From assembly GCA_000092065.1 (NCBI GenBank), contig CP000594.1: a stretch of DNA of 64,000 nt; one strand, given 5' to 3'. Below the pieces are notes generated by a model. That model was not told the origin of the DNA. It was given only the letters and a program-made list of their open reading frames with translations, and did no database searches. Shown one piece after another: positions 9,644-18,605 of the stretch. Positions within the stretch are counted from its first letter, which is position 1. Every line of letters starts with the position of its first letter. The position numbers and the translations under genes are program-made. This DNA comes from Ostreococcus lucimarinus. Lineage: Eukaryota.

Positions 9644-11206
9644 ATGCCCGAATGTCCGATTGCTCGATTGTCCAACCGCGGCGGTTCAGGTCGAGACGAG
9701 ACGAGACGAGACGAGACGAGACGAGACGACGCGCGCCACGGCGCGACGCGCGGGATGTCGCTCGCGGAGGAACAGGCGCGGAGGGACGATGAAGTCTACG
9801 ACGCACTCATCCGTGAACTCGAGCGCGTCCCGGACGATGCAAGGGATGCGGTGGCGTCGTTTTTACAAGATTTGAGACGCGACGGCGTCGATTGGTACCG
9901 GGTTGGCGACGGTGGCGAGTTTGATGACAAGGAGAGTTTCTTTCGAACAGTACATGCGGGGGCGTGCATGCGGGCTGCGCGCATTATGGGTTCAGGATGT
10001 TTGAAGTTCGCGCGCGAGCACGGGTGTCCTTGGAACGAGTGGACTTGCCTGTTTGCCGCCATGAATGGAAATCTGGACTGTTTGAAGTACGCGCACGAGA
10101 ACGGGTGTCCTTGGGACAACAGGACGTGCGATAATGCCGCCCGTTATGGACATTTGGACTGTTTGGAGTACGCGCACGAGAACGGGTGTCCTTGGAACTG
10201 GGCGACGTGCGATAATGCCGCCTATTATGGACATTTGGAATGTTTGGAGTACGCGCACGAGAACGGGTGTCCTTGGGACGAGATGACGTGCCTGTTTGCC
10301 GCCAAGTATGGACATTTGGAATGTTTGAAGTACGCGCACGAGCACGGGTGTCCTTGGGACGTGTCTACGTGCCAGGCTGCCGCCGAGTATGGACATTTGG
10401 ACTGTTTGCGATACGCGCACGAGAACGGGTGTCCTTGGGACAAGCGGACGTGCGATAAGGCCGCCTATTATGGACATTTGGAGTGTTTGAAGTACGCGCA
10501 CGAGCACGGGTGTCCTTGGGACAACAGGACGTGCGATAATGCCGCCCGTTATGGACATTTGGAATGTTTGGAGTACGCGCACGAGAACGGGTGTCCTTGG
10601 GACGAGATGACGTGCCTGTTTGCCGCCTCGAATGGACATTTGGAATGTTTGAAGTACGCGCACGAGCACGGGTGTCCTTGGGACTATTGGACGTGCTATA
10701 ATGCCGCCTATTATGGACATTTGGAGTGTTTGAAGTACGCGCACGAGCACGGGTGTCCTTGGGACAACAGGACGTGCGATAATGCCGCCCGTTATGGACA
10801 TTTGGAATGTTTGAAGTACGCGCACGAGAACGGGTGTCCTTGGGACGAGGTGACGTGCGATAATGCCGCCTATTATGGACATTTGGAGTGTTTGAAGTAC
10901 GCGCGCGAGAACGGGTGTCCTTGGAACGAGAAGACGTGCATGGATGCCGCCGAGAACGGACATTTGGAATGTTTGAAGTACGCGTGCGCTCACGGATGTC
11001 CAGGCTCCGATCGGTACGCCGAGGCGCTGAACGAAGTCGTCATCCCAGACGTCGACGAGTCATTCGGCGTCGAAGTCGCGCTCGCGTTTCAACAAAACGG
11101 CGGCGAGATCTCCATGCGCGAGTTCCTGCCGTTATGGGTAGCGCACAGAGAAGGTTACCGCGACGCGCACTTAGAAATCGCTCGAAACTGGATAGCTCAC
11201 GATTGA
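9644..11206 (+). CDS. ankyrin-like repeat protein built from ~13 tandem 33-aa GCPWD...TC.NAA.YGHLECLKYAHENGCPW repeats
   Basis: The repeats are near-identical, with period 33 aa / 99 bp. An alternative start is at 9755 (MSLAEEQ), downstream of a (GAGAC)n microsatellite. The C-terminus is non-repetitive (VALAFQQNGGEISMREFLPLWVAHREGYRDAHLEIARNWIAHD). Confidence 0.7.
   Translation: MPECPIARLSNRGGSGRDETRRDETRRDDARHGATRGMSLAEEQARRDDEVYDALIRELERVPDDARDAVASFLQDLRRDGVDWYRVGDGGEFDDKESFFRTVHAGACMRAARIMGSGCLKFAREHGCPWNEWTCLFAAMNGNLDCLKYAHENGCPWDNRTCDNAARYGHLDCLEYAHENGCPWNWATCDNAAYYGHLECLEYAHENGCPWDEMTCLFAAKYGHLECLKYAHEHGCPWDVSTCQAAAEYGHLDCLRYAHENGCPWDKRTCDKAAYYGHLECLKYAHEHGCPWDNRTCDNAARYGHLECLEYAHENGCPWDEMTCLFAASNGHLECLKYAHEHGCPWDYWTCYNAAYYGHLECLKYAHEHGCPWDNRTCDNAARYGHLECLKYAHENGCPWDEVTCDNAAYYGHLECLKYARENGCPWNEKTCMDAAENGHLECLKYACAHGCPGSDRYAEALNEVVIPDVDESFGVEVALAFQQNGGEISMREFLPLWVAHREGYRDAHLEIARNWIAHD
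9693..9730. repeat. (GAGAC)n pentanucleotide microsatellite, ~7 units
   Basis: Directly visible gagacgagacgagacgagac... in the 5' end of the ankyrin-like gene. It is coding (RDETRRDETRRD) if 9644 is the start, or 5'UTR if 9755 is. Confidence 0.9.
9960..10995. repeat. 99-bp coding tandem array (about 10-13 units) with very high inter-unit identity
   Basis: Repeated units of the form gagcacgggtgtccttgggacaacaggacgtgcgataatgccgcc(c/t)(g/a)ttatggacatttgga(a/g)tgtttgaagtacgcgcac. The antisense frame is also open (spurious ORF 9992..10993). Confidence 0.85.
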
Positions 11207-11890
11207 ATCGACCGACCGCGCACCGCCGCCGACCAACCGTCTCGCCTCCACGCGCGCGCGCTCTACTCACGAGTGACTATGATCATTACACTTTCTCGCG
11301 CTTCGCCGCGCTTCGCGTTCGTTTCTCGCGCTTTGCGTTCTCGCCCCCCCCGCGCGCGTCTCCCGCGTCCCATCCCGCCTCGCGCCCCGCCCCGCGCCCT
11401 CCTGGCCCTCACGCCGACGGTCGCAGCGCCTTCGCCACCGCCGCCGCGCTCGGCACCGCTCGCGTCGCCTTCCCATCCCTCGAAAACGTCTCCACGAGCT
11501 CGCGCGGCACGATCGCCGGCAGCGCCATCCCGAGCCCACCGATCGCGCACGACCACATCACCACCGGTTCGCGGTGCATCGCGCGATAGAACCACCCCGC
11601 CATGCGCTCGCGCCGTCCCTCGCGCGCGCGTCGCGCTCTCGCGCGCGCGTCGTCGTCGCGAATCGCGAACCCTCGTTCGTCGTATTCAAGCACCACACGG
11701 ACCCATCGCGCGCACCGTCCGGTCCGTGTTCATCTCATACCGACTCGACGGCGCGCGCGACGCGGATCGCGCGCGCCCCGCCTCTCGCGCGCGCGCGTCG
11801 TTTGCTCATCACGCTAAGGCAGAACCTCGGTTCTCGGCTACGAACACGAACGCACAGTAATTCACCACACACACACGCACACCGCACACG

Positions 11891-12447
11891 ATGAAATACG
11901 TCGCCGCGTACTTGCTGGTGCGCACGATCGCGAACGAGCGCGCGAGGGCATCGCGCGCGGGACGACGACGGGACGCGGGGACGCGCGATGGGAGGCGCGC
12001 CGGAACGCTCGAGGGACGCGAGCGAGAGGAAGCGTTCGTTCGTTTCGGGACGGCGCGAACGCGCGCGCGGGCACGCGAGGGGTCGGAAGCGCGGGCGACG
12101 CGGGACGGCGAACGATGGGGCTAGGGCTTTGGGGACGACGACTGACGCGGACTCTCGCTTCGCGACGCGCAGGCGCAACTCGCCGGGAAGGAATCTCCTT
12201 CCGAGGCCGATGTGAAGGCGATTCTCGCCGGAGGTACGTCGCGAACGACGCGCGACGCGACGCGACGCGACGCGAACGCGCGCCTCGAGAGACGCGCGAC
12301 TGACGAGACGACGACGCGCTTCGTTCGAACGCAGCCGCGGCGGAGGTCGACGATTCCAAGCTCTCCGCCTTCTTCAAGGAAATCGAGGGTAAGGACGTCG
12401 CGGAATTGATCGCTGAAGGTAACGCCAAGCTCGCGTCCGTGCCCTCG

Positions 12448-12493
<46 letters not shown>

Positions 12494-12585
12494 CCGGCGG
12501 CGCGGCCGCCGCGGCGGCTCCGGAAGCCGAAGAGGAAGAAGAAGCCGACATGGACTTCGAACTTGTTCGATTAATCGTTCGATAG
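11891..12585 (+). CDS. RPLP2: 60S acidic ribosomal protein P2, three exons: join(11891..11917,12173..12233,12335..12585)
   Basis: Exon 1 is MKYVAAYLL with a GT donor at 11918. Exon 2 is [20 protein letters not shown], with ag at 12171-72 and gt at 12234. Exon 3 is [42 protein letters not shown]...[10 protein letters not shown].., with an ag acceptor at 12333-34. The spliced product aligns along its length with the eukaryotic P2 layout: MRYVASYLLAALGGN..SPSA.DIKKIL, the KLASVP hinge, an acidic tail and DDMGFGLFD. The introns are 255 and 101 nt. The annotated stop (12583-85) follows ...[12 protein letters not shown]; see the finding on a probable 1-nt frameshift at the C-terminus. Confidence 0.75.
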
Positions 12586-12702
12586 ATCCCATCGTTCGCG
12601 TCGCATCGCGCGTTTCAAATCGAATCACCACTAGTCGTTCGTTGTGAAAAGTCCGAGCGCGTTCACTCACTCATCAATCGAGCACTCATCGGTCGCGCCC
12701 GA

Positions 12703-14070
12703 TTGCCGCATTCCTCGGCGCGCCGTTCGATCGGGCGTCCACTCGCGATGTCGTCCTCTCCCGCGCCGGCCGTGCTGACGTTCCAGACGTTTCTGGAAAA
12801 AATGCGTCAACCGAGCGCCGGCGCGCTCGTGCGCGACGTCAAGACGTTCATCGCGAGCCTCGACGACGACGCCTCGACGACGACGACGACGGTTGATGGC
12901 GAAGACGACGATGATGGCGACGACGACGCGATCCTGCGCGTGGCGCGGCGCGTGCAGACGTTCCTGCGCGACACGGAGGCGACGTTCGAGCGACACCCGG
13001 CGTGGCGAGGGGCGTCGATGGCGGAATTGGACGCGTCGGGGGAGGGATTGGAAAAGTACGTCATGACGAAGGCGCACGCGGGCGTCTTCGCGAGACGACG
13101 CGAAGATCGAGCGCGGGACGAAAGGCTGGCGAAACGCGTGGAGACGCTGAAGAAAATAATAGAACCGAAACATCTGGACATCGGGGAGTGCAGCGCGTCG
13201 TGGGCGCTGGCGGAGGTGGAGTTGGGGAAGATGAATCAGTTCAAGGCGCCGCGGGATAAGTTGGTGTGCGTGTTGAATACGTGTCGAATAATCAATAATA
13301 CGCTGACGACGCGGCAGGGTTCGGACGGGGGGGCGGACGATTTCTTGCCGGTGTTGATTTACGTCGCGATGCGAGCGAATCCGGGGCGGTTGGAGAGTAA
13401 TTTAAAGTACATTCAGAGATTTCGCGGCGAGTCGCGATTGGTGAGCGAGGCGGCGTACTTTTTCACCAACCTCGTGAGCGCGGCGCGGTTTTTGGGGCGA
13501 TGTGCGGCGAACGATTTCACAAACATGGATGTCGAGATGTTTGAAAGGGTGATGAACGAGGACGGGGTGTTGGCGAGCGTGGATTTAGACGAAGACGAGG
13601 AAATAGCGGAGACGCCGGTCGAGGCGGCGTCGGCGGAGAACCCGCCGCCGTCCACGCCGCCGCCGCAGATTTCGGTCGAGGAGATGAGCGCGGCGTTGAG
13701 CGCGCTCGAAGGTGGGGACACGTCGACGACGCCCAGGGAAATACCGAAGAACGCTGGCGGTGGCGTCGGCGACTACGCGACCGACGACGATAATTTGCAC
13801 ACGCCGACGTCTCGCGCCGCGGCGCCGTACGTTCCGTGGCGCACGACCGAGGACGTCGAAGCCGAGGGCGCGACGCAACTCACCGCGCTCGACGTCGCTG
13901 GAAACTTGACTTTGAGTTCGGACTATAAGTTTCTGTACGCCAAGGTGGAAGACTTGACCGTCGGCGACGTCGCGAGGTTGCTTCACGACTACAAAGGATT
14001 GGCGCTGCAGTACGAAAGCCTCAGTCGAGGCGTGGCCAAGGTGCTGACGACTCTAGATGCGCGGTTGTGA
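12703..14070 (+). CDS. VPS9 domain-containing protein (Rab5-family guanine-nucleotide exchange factor)
   Basis: VPS9 signature GADDFLPVLIYVAMRANPGRLESNLKYIQRFRGESRLVSEAAYFFTNLVSAARFL. Alternative start MSSSPAPAV at 12748. Confidence 0.8.
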   Translation: MPHSSARRSIGRPLAMSSSPAPAVLTFQTFLEKMRQPSAGALVRDVKTFIASLDDDASTTTTTVDGEDDDDGDDDAILRVARRVQTFLRDTEATFERHPAWRGASMAELDASGEGLEKYVMTKAHAGVFARRREDRARDERLAKRVETLKKIIEPKHLDIGECSASWALAEVELGKMNQFKAPRDKLVCVLNTCRIINNTLTTRQGSDGGADDFLPVLIYVAMRANPGRLESNLKYIQRFRGESRLVSEAAYFFTNLVSAARFLGRCAANDFTNMDVEMFERVMNEDGVLASVDLDEDEEIAETPVEAASAENPPPSTPPPQISVEEMSAALSALEGGDTSTTPREIPKNAGGGVGDYATDDDNLHTPTSRAAAPYVPWRTTEDVEAEGATQLTALDVAGNLTLSSDYKFLYAKVEDLTVGDVARLLHDYKGLALQYESLSRGVAKVLTTLDARL

Positions 14071-14122
14071 TTTAGATTTTTACAACTTAGACGAAACTTA
14101 GACGTAACCGTTCTCGTCGACA

Positions 14123-15277
14123 TTACTCTTCGCCCTCTTTGTCCTCGGACGGCAACATGAGACTGGCGCCGACGCCGCCGCCGAGCATGGTGACGACGAC
14201 GGCGAGCGAAGCCTCGGTTGGGACCTCGACGCCCGCGTACTCGACGATCATCTTGGCCCCGATAAAGCCGAGCACGAGCGCCACGGCGGTTTGCAAGTAC
14301 TTCAACTCCCCCACGGCTTTGGAAATCAACGTGTAAAGCTGTCGAAGGGATAGAATCGCAAACAAGTTTGAGGTGTACACGATGAACGGATCCTTCGTCA
14401 CTCCGAAAACCGCCGGGATGGAATCCACGGCGAAGACGACGTCGCTAATCTCCACCACCGCGAGCACGAGCAACAGCGGCGTCGCCATTTTCACCCCGTT
14501 TTGCACGGTGAAGAAATTATCGCCGTCGTAATCTTCGCTCACCTCCAAAAAGTTTCCGACAAACTTCACGATGGCGTTATCCCCCATGTCCTCCTCCTCC
14601 TCTTCCCCTTCCGCGAGTAGCTTGTACGAACTAAAAATCAAAATACCCGCAAACACCAAAAGAATGGGTTGGAAATTTTCAATCAACTCCACCCCGGCCC
14701 CGACCATGACGGCTCGCATCACCAGCGCCCCGACGATGCCGTAGTTTAACACCCTCGTCTGCCTCTCCGGCGGCACCTTGAAATACTCAAACAACAGCAC
14801 GAAGACGAATAAATTATCCACACTCAAACTCTGCTCCAACAGGTACCCAGCAAAGTATTCGCTCGCCTTATCCGCGCCCTCCACCGCGCCGATCCCCGCG
14901 CCGAACGCGCACGACACCCCCAAGCACGCCGCGACGATGGCCACGTCCCGATTCTGCTTCGCCTCGCTCGTCATCTCCCCGCTCTGTGCTGTGGTCACGC
15001 TCTCACTCTTCGTCGTCGGTTCCTCGCTCGCCGCGCGCGGTCGCGTCGTCGTCCCTCGCTTTTCTCGCGTCGTCCTCGTCGTCCTCGTCGCCGCCGCCGC
15101 GCTCGGCGTCCATCGTCGCGGCTCCGCCCGCGCCGTCCCGCTCGCCGCCCGCGCGACGCGCGATCGATTACCGATCACCGCGCGCGTCGATCGCGCGCTC
15201 GATCGCGCGCCGAGCGTCGTCGTCGCGCGCGCGCCGAGCGTCATCGTCGTCGCGGCGGATCGCGTGCCGATCACCAT
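14123..15277 (-). CDS. TerC-family integral membrane protein with S/T/R-rich N-terminal transit-peptide-like extension (plastid thylakoid TerC-like)
   Basis: TerC motifs YFAGYLLEQSLSVDNLFVFVLLF, NYGIVGALVMRAVMVGAGV, and multiple TM helices. The N-terminus MVIGTRSAATTMTLGARATTTLGARSSARSTRAV resembles an organellar targeting peptide. Confidence 0.8.
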   Translation of the reverse strand: MVIGTRSAATTMTLGARATTTLGARSSARSTRAVIGNRSRVARAASGTARAEPRRWTPSAAAATRTTRTTREKRGTTTRPRAASEEPTTKSESVTTAQSGEMTSEAKQNRDVAIVAACLGVSCAFGAGIGAVEGADKASEYFAGYLLEQSLSVDNLFVFVLLFEYFKVPPERQTRVLNYGIVGALVMRAVMVGAGVELIENFQPILLVFAGILIFSSYKLLAEGEEEEEDMGDNAIVKFVGNFLEVSEDYDGDNFFTVQNGVKMATPLLLVLAVVEISDVVFAVDSIPAVFGVTKDPFIVYTSNLFAILSLRQLYTLISKAVGELKYLQTAVALVLGFIGAKMIVEYAGVEVPTEASLAVVVTMLGGGVGASLMLPSEDKEGEE

Positions 15278-15526
15278 CCGCGGCGCTCGCGTCGCGCTCG
15301 CGTCGCGCTCGGCGCCCGAAACGCGCGAAGACGCGCGGAAATGCGTTCACGGCGCGCGCGCGCGGCAGGACGTCGGCGCGGTCGTCGCGCGCGCGTGTGC
15401 GGAGGGACGCGCGCGTGATCTCTCGGGGTCCGGTCGGTCGGAATAAATTTTCATAATATGAGGGTTTAAACGTATATTGAAAATGTTTAACGCTATGTAA
15501 TACACATACAACTGTACAAGAACAGA

Positions 15527-16333
15527 TCACGCGCGCGACCGACGCGCGGCGACGAGACGGTGAATGAGAATGCCGGCGGCGACGGAGACGTTCAGAGAGT
15601 CCACGCCCGCGGCGGAAGACGCCGAACGAGGGATCTCTATCAAGCGGTTGCACGCGCGGCGGACGTTGGTGCGCAAACCCGAGCCCTCGTTGCCCATGAC
15701 GAGAATCGTCGGCGCGCGCACGGAGAAATCGGAGACGTCCTCGGCGCGAGCGTCGGCGGCGGCGCCGACGACGTCCCAGCCCTCGTCTCGAGCCTTGGCT
15801 AAAAATCTGTGCATGACGCCCGTCTGATGGACGACCTGAGCCTCCATGGCGCCCGCGCTCGCTTTGCTCACGGTGGCGTTGAACGGGGCGCTGTTCTTGG
15901 CGCAACAGACGACGCCGTCGACGCCTAAAAAGTGCGCGCTTCGCAGGGCGGCGCCCAAATTTTGAGGATCCACGATTTCATCCAGCGCGAGCCACACCGG
16001 GGGTTCGCCTCGCCCGTCCCACTTCGGTAAGTCCTCCAGCGTCGGAATCTCCAACGCCTCGGCGTCGAGCAACACGCCCTGGTGCGGTTTATTATCGCAC
16101 GCCATGTTTAAATCGTGCTTGCTCGCGCGCTTCACCGTCACCGCGCGCGCCTCCGCCAACCGCAAGATCTCCGACTCCGCGCCCGCGCCCTTCCCTCCGT
16201 TCGCCGCGCCGCCCTCGCCCGTCTGCACGTACAGCGCGAACAGCGCGCGTCGATTCCGCCGCAGCGCCTCCAGCACCGGATTCGTCCCGTACACGATCTC
16301 CCCCACCAGCCCCTCCGCGATCGTCGGCGCCAC
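15527..16333 (-). CDS. SpoU/TrmH-family RNA 2'-O-ribose methyltransferase (MRM1-like)
   Basis: SpoU motifs: LALDEIVDPQNLGAALRSAHFLGVDGVV (motif 1), ILVMGNEGSGLRTNV (motif 2), IEIP...SLNVSVAAGILIHRL (motif 3, SPOUT knot). The N-terminal GTNPVLEAL substrate-binding region is present. Confidence 0.75.
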   Translation of the reverse strand: MAPTIAEGLVGEIVYGTNPVLEALRRNRRALFALYVQTGEGGAANGGKGAGAESEILRLAEARAVTVKRASKHDLNMACDNKPHQGVLLDAEALEIPTLEDLPKWDGRGEPPVWLALDEIVDPQNLGAALRSAHFLGVDGVVCCAKNSAPFNATVSKASAGAMEAQVVHQTGVMHRFLAKARDEGWDVVGAAADARAEDVSDFSVRAPTILVMGNEGSGLRTNVRRACNRLIEIPRSASSAAGVDSLNVSVAAGILIHRLVAARRSRA

Positions 16334-16904
16334 CCCCCGCTCGCGCCTCGCCGCCGCTCGATCGTACCGCGCCTCGCGCTCGCTCCCGCGGCCGCGTCGC
16401 CGCGCGTCCTCCGCGCCCTCCCGCGCCAGCCGCCCTCGCGGCGCCTCCCCGAACCCGTCGTACGACGCCTCGCCCTCGTCGCGTCGCCCACGCGCGTCGA
16501 CGCTCGCGTCGCGCCGATTCTCGCGCGCGCGCGTCGCGCCGATCGTCCCGCGCGTCGTCGTCGTCGTTCGAGCCGCCGTCGCTCATTCGCCACGACGCGC
16601 GTCGCGTCTTCGTCGCGTCGCGTCGTCGCGTCGACCGCGTCAGCCGCGCCAGCGACGGCGACGCGCGCACCGCGCGCATCGCGCGCGCGTCGCGGCGCGC
16701 GAGACGGGCCGACGCGACGCGACGCGATGTGATTTCGATTCCGGCGGCGCCGCAGATTCCGACTCGACATGGCGCACCGGTACGAAATTCGCGCGACGCG
16801 ACGACGCGACGCGACGCGACGACGACACCGAATAGCGTCTCGCGTCGACGCGGCGCGCGACGCGGCGCGCGACGCGGTGCGCGACGCGGCACCGACGCGA
16901 TCGA

Positions 16905-18470
16905 ATGATGATTTTGATCTCGACGACGACGACTGACGACGCCGTCGACGACGCGCGCGCGCGCAGGCGGGACGACGAGTACGATCGCGGACGTCGGGTC
17001 GCGGCGAACGATGGACGGCGCGCGGTGACGGCGACGGGGCCGTACGATCGCGCGCGGGCGGCGGCGCGGTTCGGCGGCGGCGGCGACGAGGGCGCGACGC
17101 GGGCGAACGCGAACGCGGCGCCGGATTTGGCGAATTTGCTGCGACAGGTGAACGAGGCGATGGCGCAGGGAGGGCAGGGACAGGAACATGGACAACAGGC
17201 GCGAGGTGGGCGCGGACAGGCGCCGGCGAGGGTGATATCGGGGGCGGATCCGAGGGCGAGACGGGCGGCGAGGGCGAACGCGAACGCGAGCGCGAGCGCG
17301 GCGGCGCCGACGGCGGCCGGGATGGTGTACGGACAGGGACAGGGGATGTACGGAGCGCCGATGCAGGGGGGAGGACCGCCGCCGCCGCCGCCGGCGGCGG
17401 TGGGACGGTTCGGCGGCGCGAGCGCGGGGTACGGCGGCGGCGTCGCGGCGGCGCCGCAGTTTGGGCCGGGGAGCGTCGGGTACGGCGCGCCGCCGGGGCC
17501 GCCGGGACCACCGCGCGCGGTCGCGGGCGTGCAGGCGATGGACCCGAGCTCGGTGACGGAGTACGTGATGTGTCCGAACGAAAGCGCGGGTAAGGTGATC
17601 GGACACGGCGGGGAAAAGATTAACAGCATACAAACCGAAAGCGGGGCCATCGTGAAGATTCAAAACCAAAACGAAGTCGGCCCGGGACAACCGCGAAGGA
17701 TCACGATCAGTGGCGCGCCCGAACGCGTCGCGCACGCGTCGCAGTTGGTGTACGCGATCATCGGACAATCAAGCGCGAGCCGCGCGGCGCAGGCGCCGCG
17801 CGGCGCGGGCGGCGGTCGCGACGCGGCGGGCGCCGAGATTTTCGTCCCCGTCGAGCCGGACCAGTTCGGTAAGATTATCGGTCGAGGCGGAGAGACGATT
17901 CGTAGGTTGCAAGAAGAGAGCGGCGTGCGCATGCAAGTCGATAGACCGAACAGTCGCGTGCAAATCACGGGCGACGCGTCGGGGTGTGAAGTCGCCCGAA
18001 CGTTGCTTCAGGAAGTCCTCGACGCGACGAACGAACCCGTGGGAATGGGAACGTCGGGCGCGCAGTCCACGGAGATTTCGGCGCAAGGCCAAGAGGGTCG
18101 AATCATCGGTAAGGGTGGGGAAAATATTCGTTCGCTCGCCGCGCAAACCGGCGCGAAGCTGAGCATCATCAAAGAGACGGGCATGGTTCGCATCCAAGGC
18201 GACCCGCGGCAAATCGAAGACGCCGTGCGCGCCGTCAACGAGTTCATCGACGCGCAGGTGAACCCGGTCAAGTACCCCAACGCCGTCGGCGGCGGCGCCG
18301 GGATCCCATCCAACGGCGCGTATCACCCGCCCGAAGATTCCGGCGGGTTGACGCCGTACAAGCCCCTCTGGGAGACGCACCAAAGCCCGGAGGGATACAC
18401 CTACTATTACAACACCACCACGGGCGAGACGACGTGGGAAGAACCCGAGGACTACGACGGGTTCAGCTGA
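16905..18470 (+). CDS. RNA-binding protein with three KH domains and a C-terminal WW domain (FUBP/KSRP-like architecture)
   Basis: Three KH cores: VIGHGGEKINSIQTESGAIVKIQ, IIGRGGETIRRLQEESGVRMQV and IIGKGGENIRSLAAQTGAKLSII. WW domain: LWETHQSPEGYTYYYNTTTGETTWEEPEDY. The N-terminus is G/A/Q-rich and low-complexity, and the exact start is uncertain. Confidence 0.7.
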   Translation: MMILISTTTTDDAVDDARARRRDDEYDRGRRVAANDGRRAVTATGPYDRARAAARFGGGGDEGATRANANAAPDLANLLRQVNEAMAQGGQGQEHGQQARGGRGQAPARVISGADPRARRAARANANASASAAAPTAAGMVYGQGQGMYGAPMQGGGPPPPPPAAVGRFGGASAGYGGGVAAAPQFGPGSVGYGAPPGPPGPPRAVAGVQAMDPSSVTEYVMCPNESAGKVIGHGGEKINSIQTESGAIVKIQNQNEVGPGQPRRITISGAPERVAHASQLVYAIIGQSSASRAAQAPRGAGGGRDAAGAEIFVPVEPDQFGKIIGRGGETIRRLQEESGVRMQVDRPNSRVQITGDASGCEVARTLLQEVLDATNEPVGMGTSGAQSTEISAQGQEGRIIGKGGENIRSLAAQTGAKLSIIKETGMVRIQGDPRQIEDAVRAVNEFIDAQVNPVKYPNAVGGGAGIPSNGAYHPPEDSGGLTPYKPLWETHQSPEGYTYYYNTTTGETTWEEPEDYDGFS

Positions 18471-18605
18471 TCGTCTCAAAATCAAACCTTTCTCTGCGTA
18501 GTTGCGTAGTTGCGATTGAATTGACTCTCCTTTAATCACTTTTGCCCGTCTTCGCCTCGCTCGCGTCTCGCGTCGGTTACGCCCGCACTTCGCCGCGCGC
18601 GCGCG

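Noticed and set aside
9992-10993. 333-aa antisense ORF across the 99-bp tandem array, which could be read as a CRISPR-like repeat/spacer array
   Set aside because: The repeats are 99 bp, contiguous without unique spacers, and are in-frame coding units of the plus-strand ankyrin-like gene. The organism is eukaryotic.
11862-12551. 229-aa minus-strand Pro/Ser-rich ORF
   Set aside because: It is antisense to the three-exon RPLP2 gene. The poly-Pro run is the reverse complement of the P2 poly-Gly/Ala hinge.
16092-17768. Three overlapping long minus-strand ORFs (558, 457, 336 aa) and plus-strand ORFs 16104..16835
   Set aside because: All are Arg/Pro/Ala homopolymer-like and mutually overlapping. 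The region is the divergent promoter/5'UTR between the SpoU methyltransferase and the KH/WW gene, plus the antisense of the KH gene's G/A-rich N-terminus.
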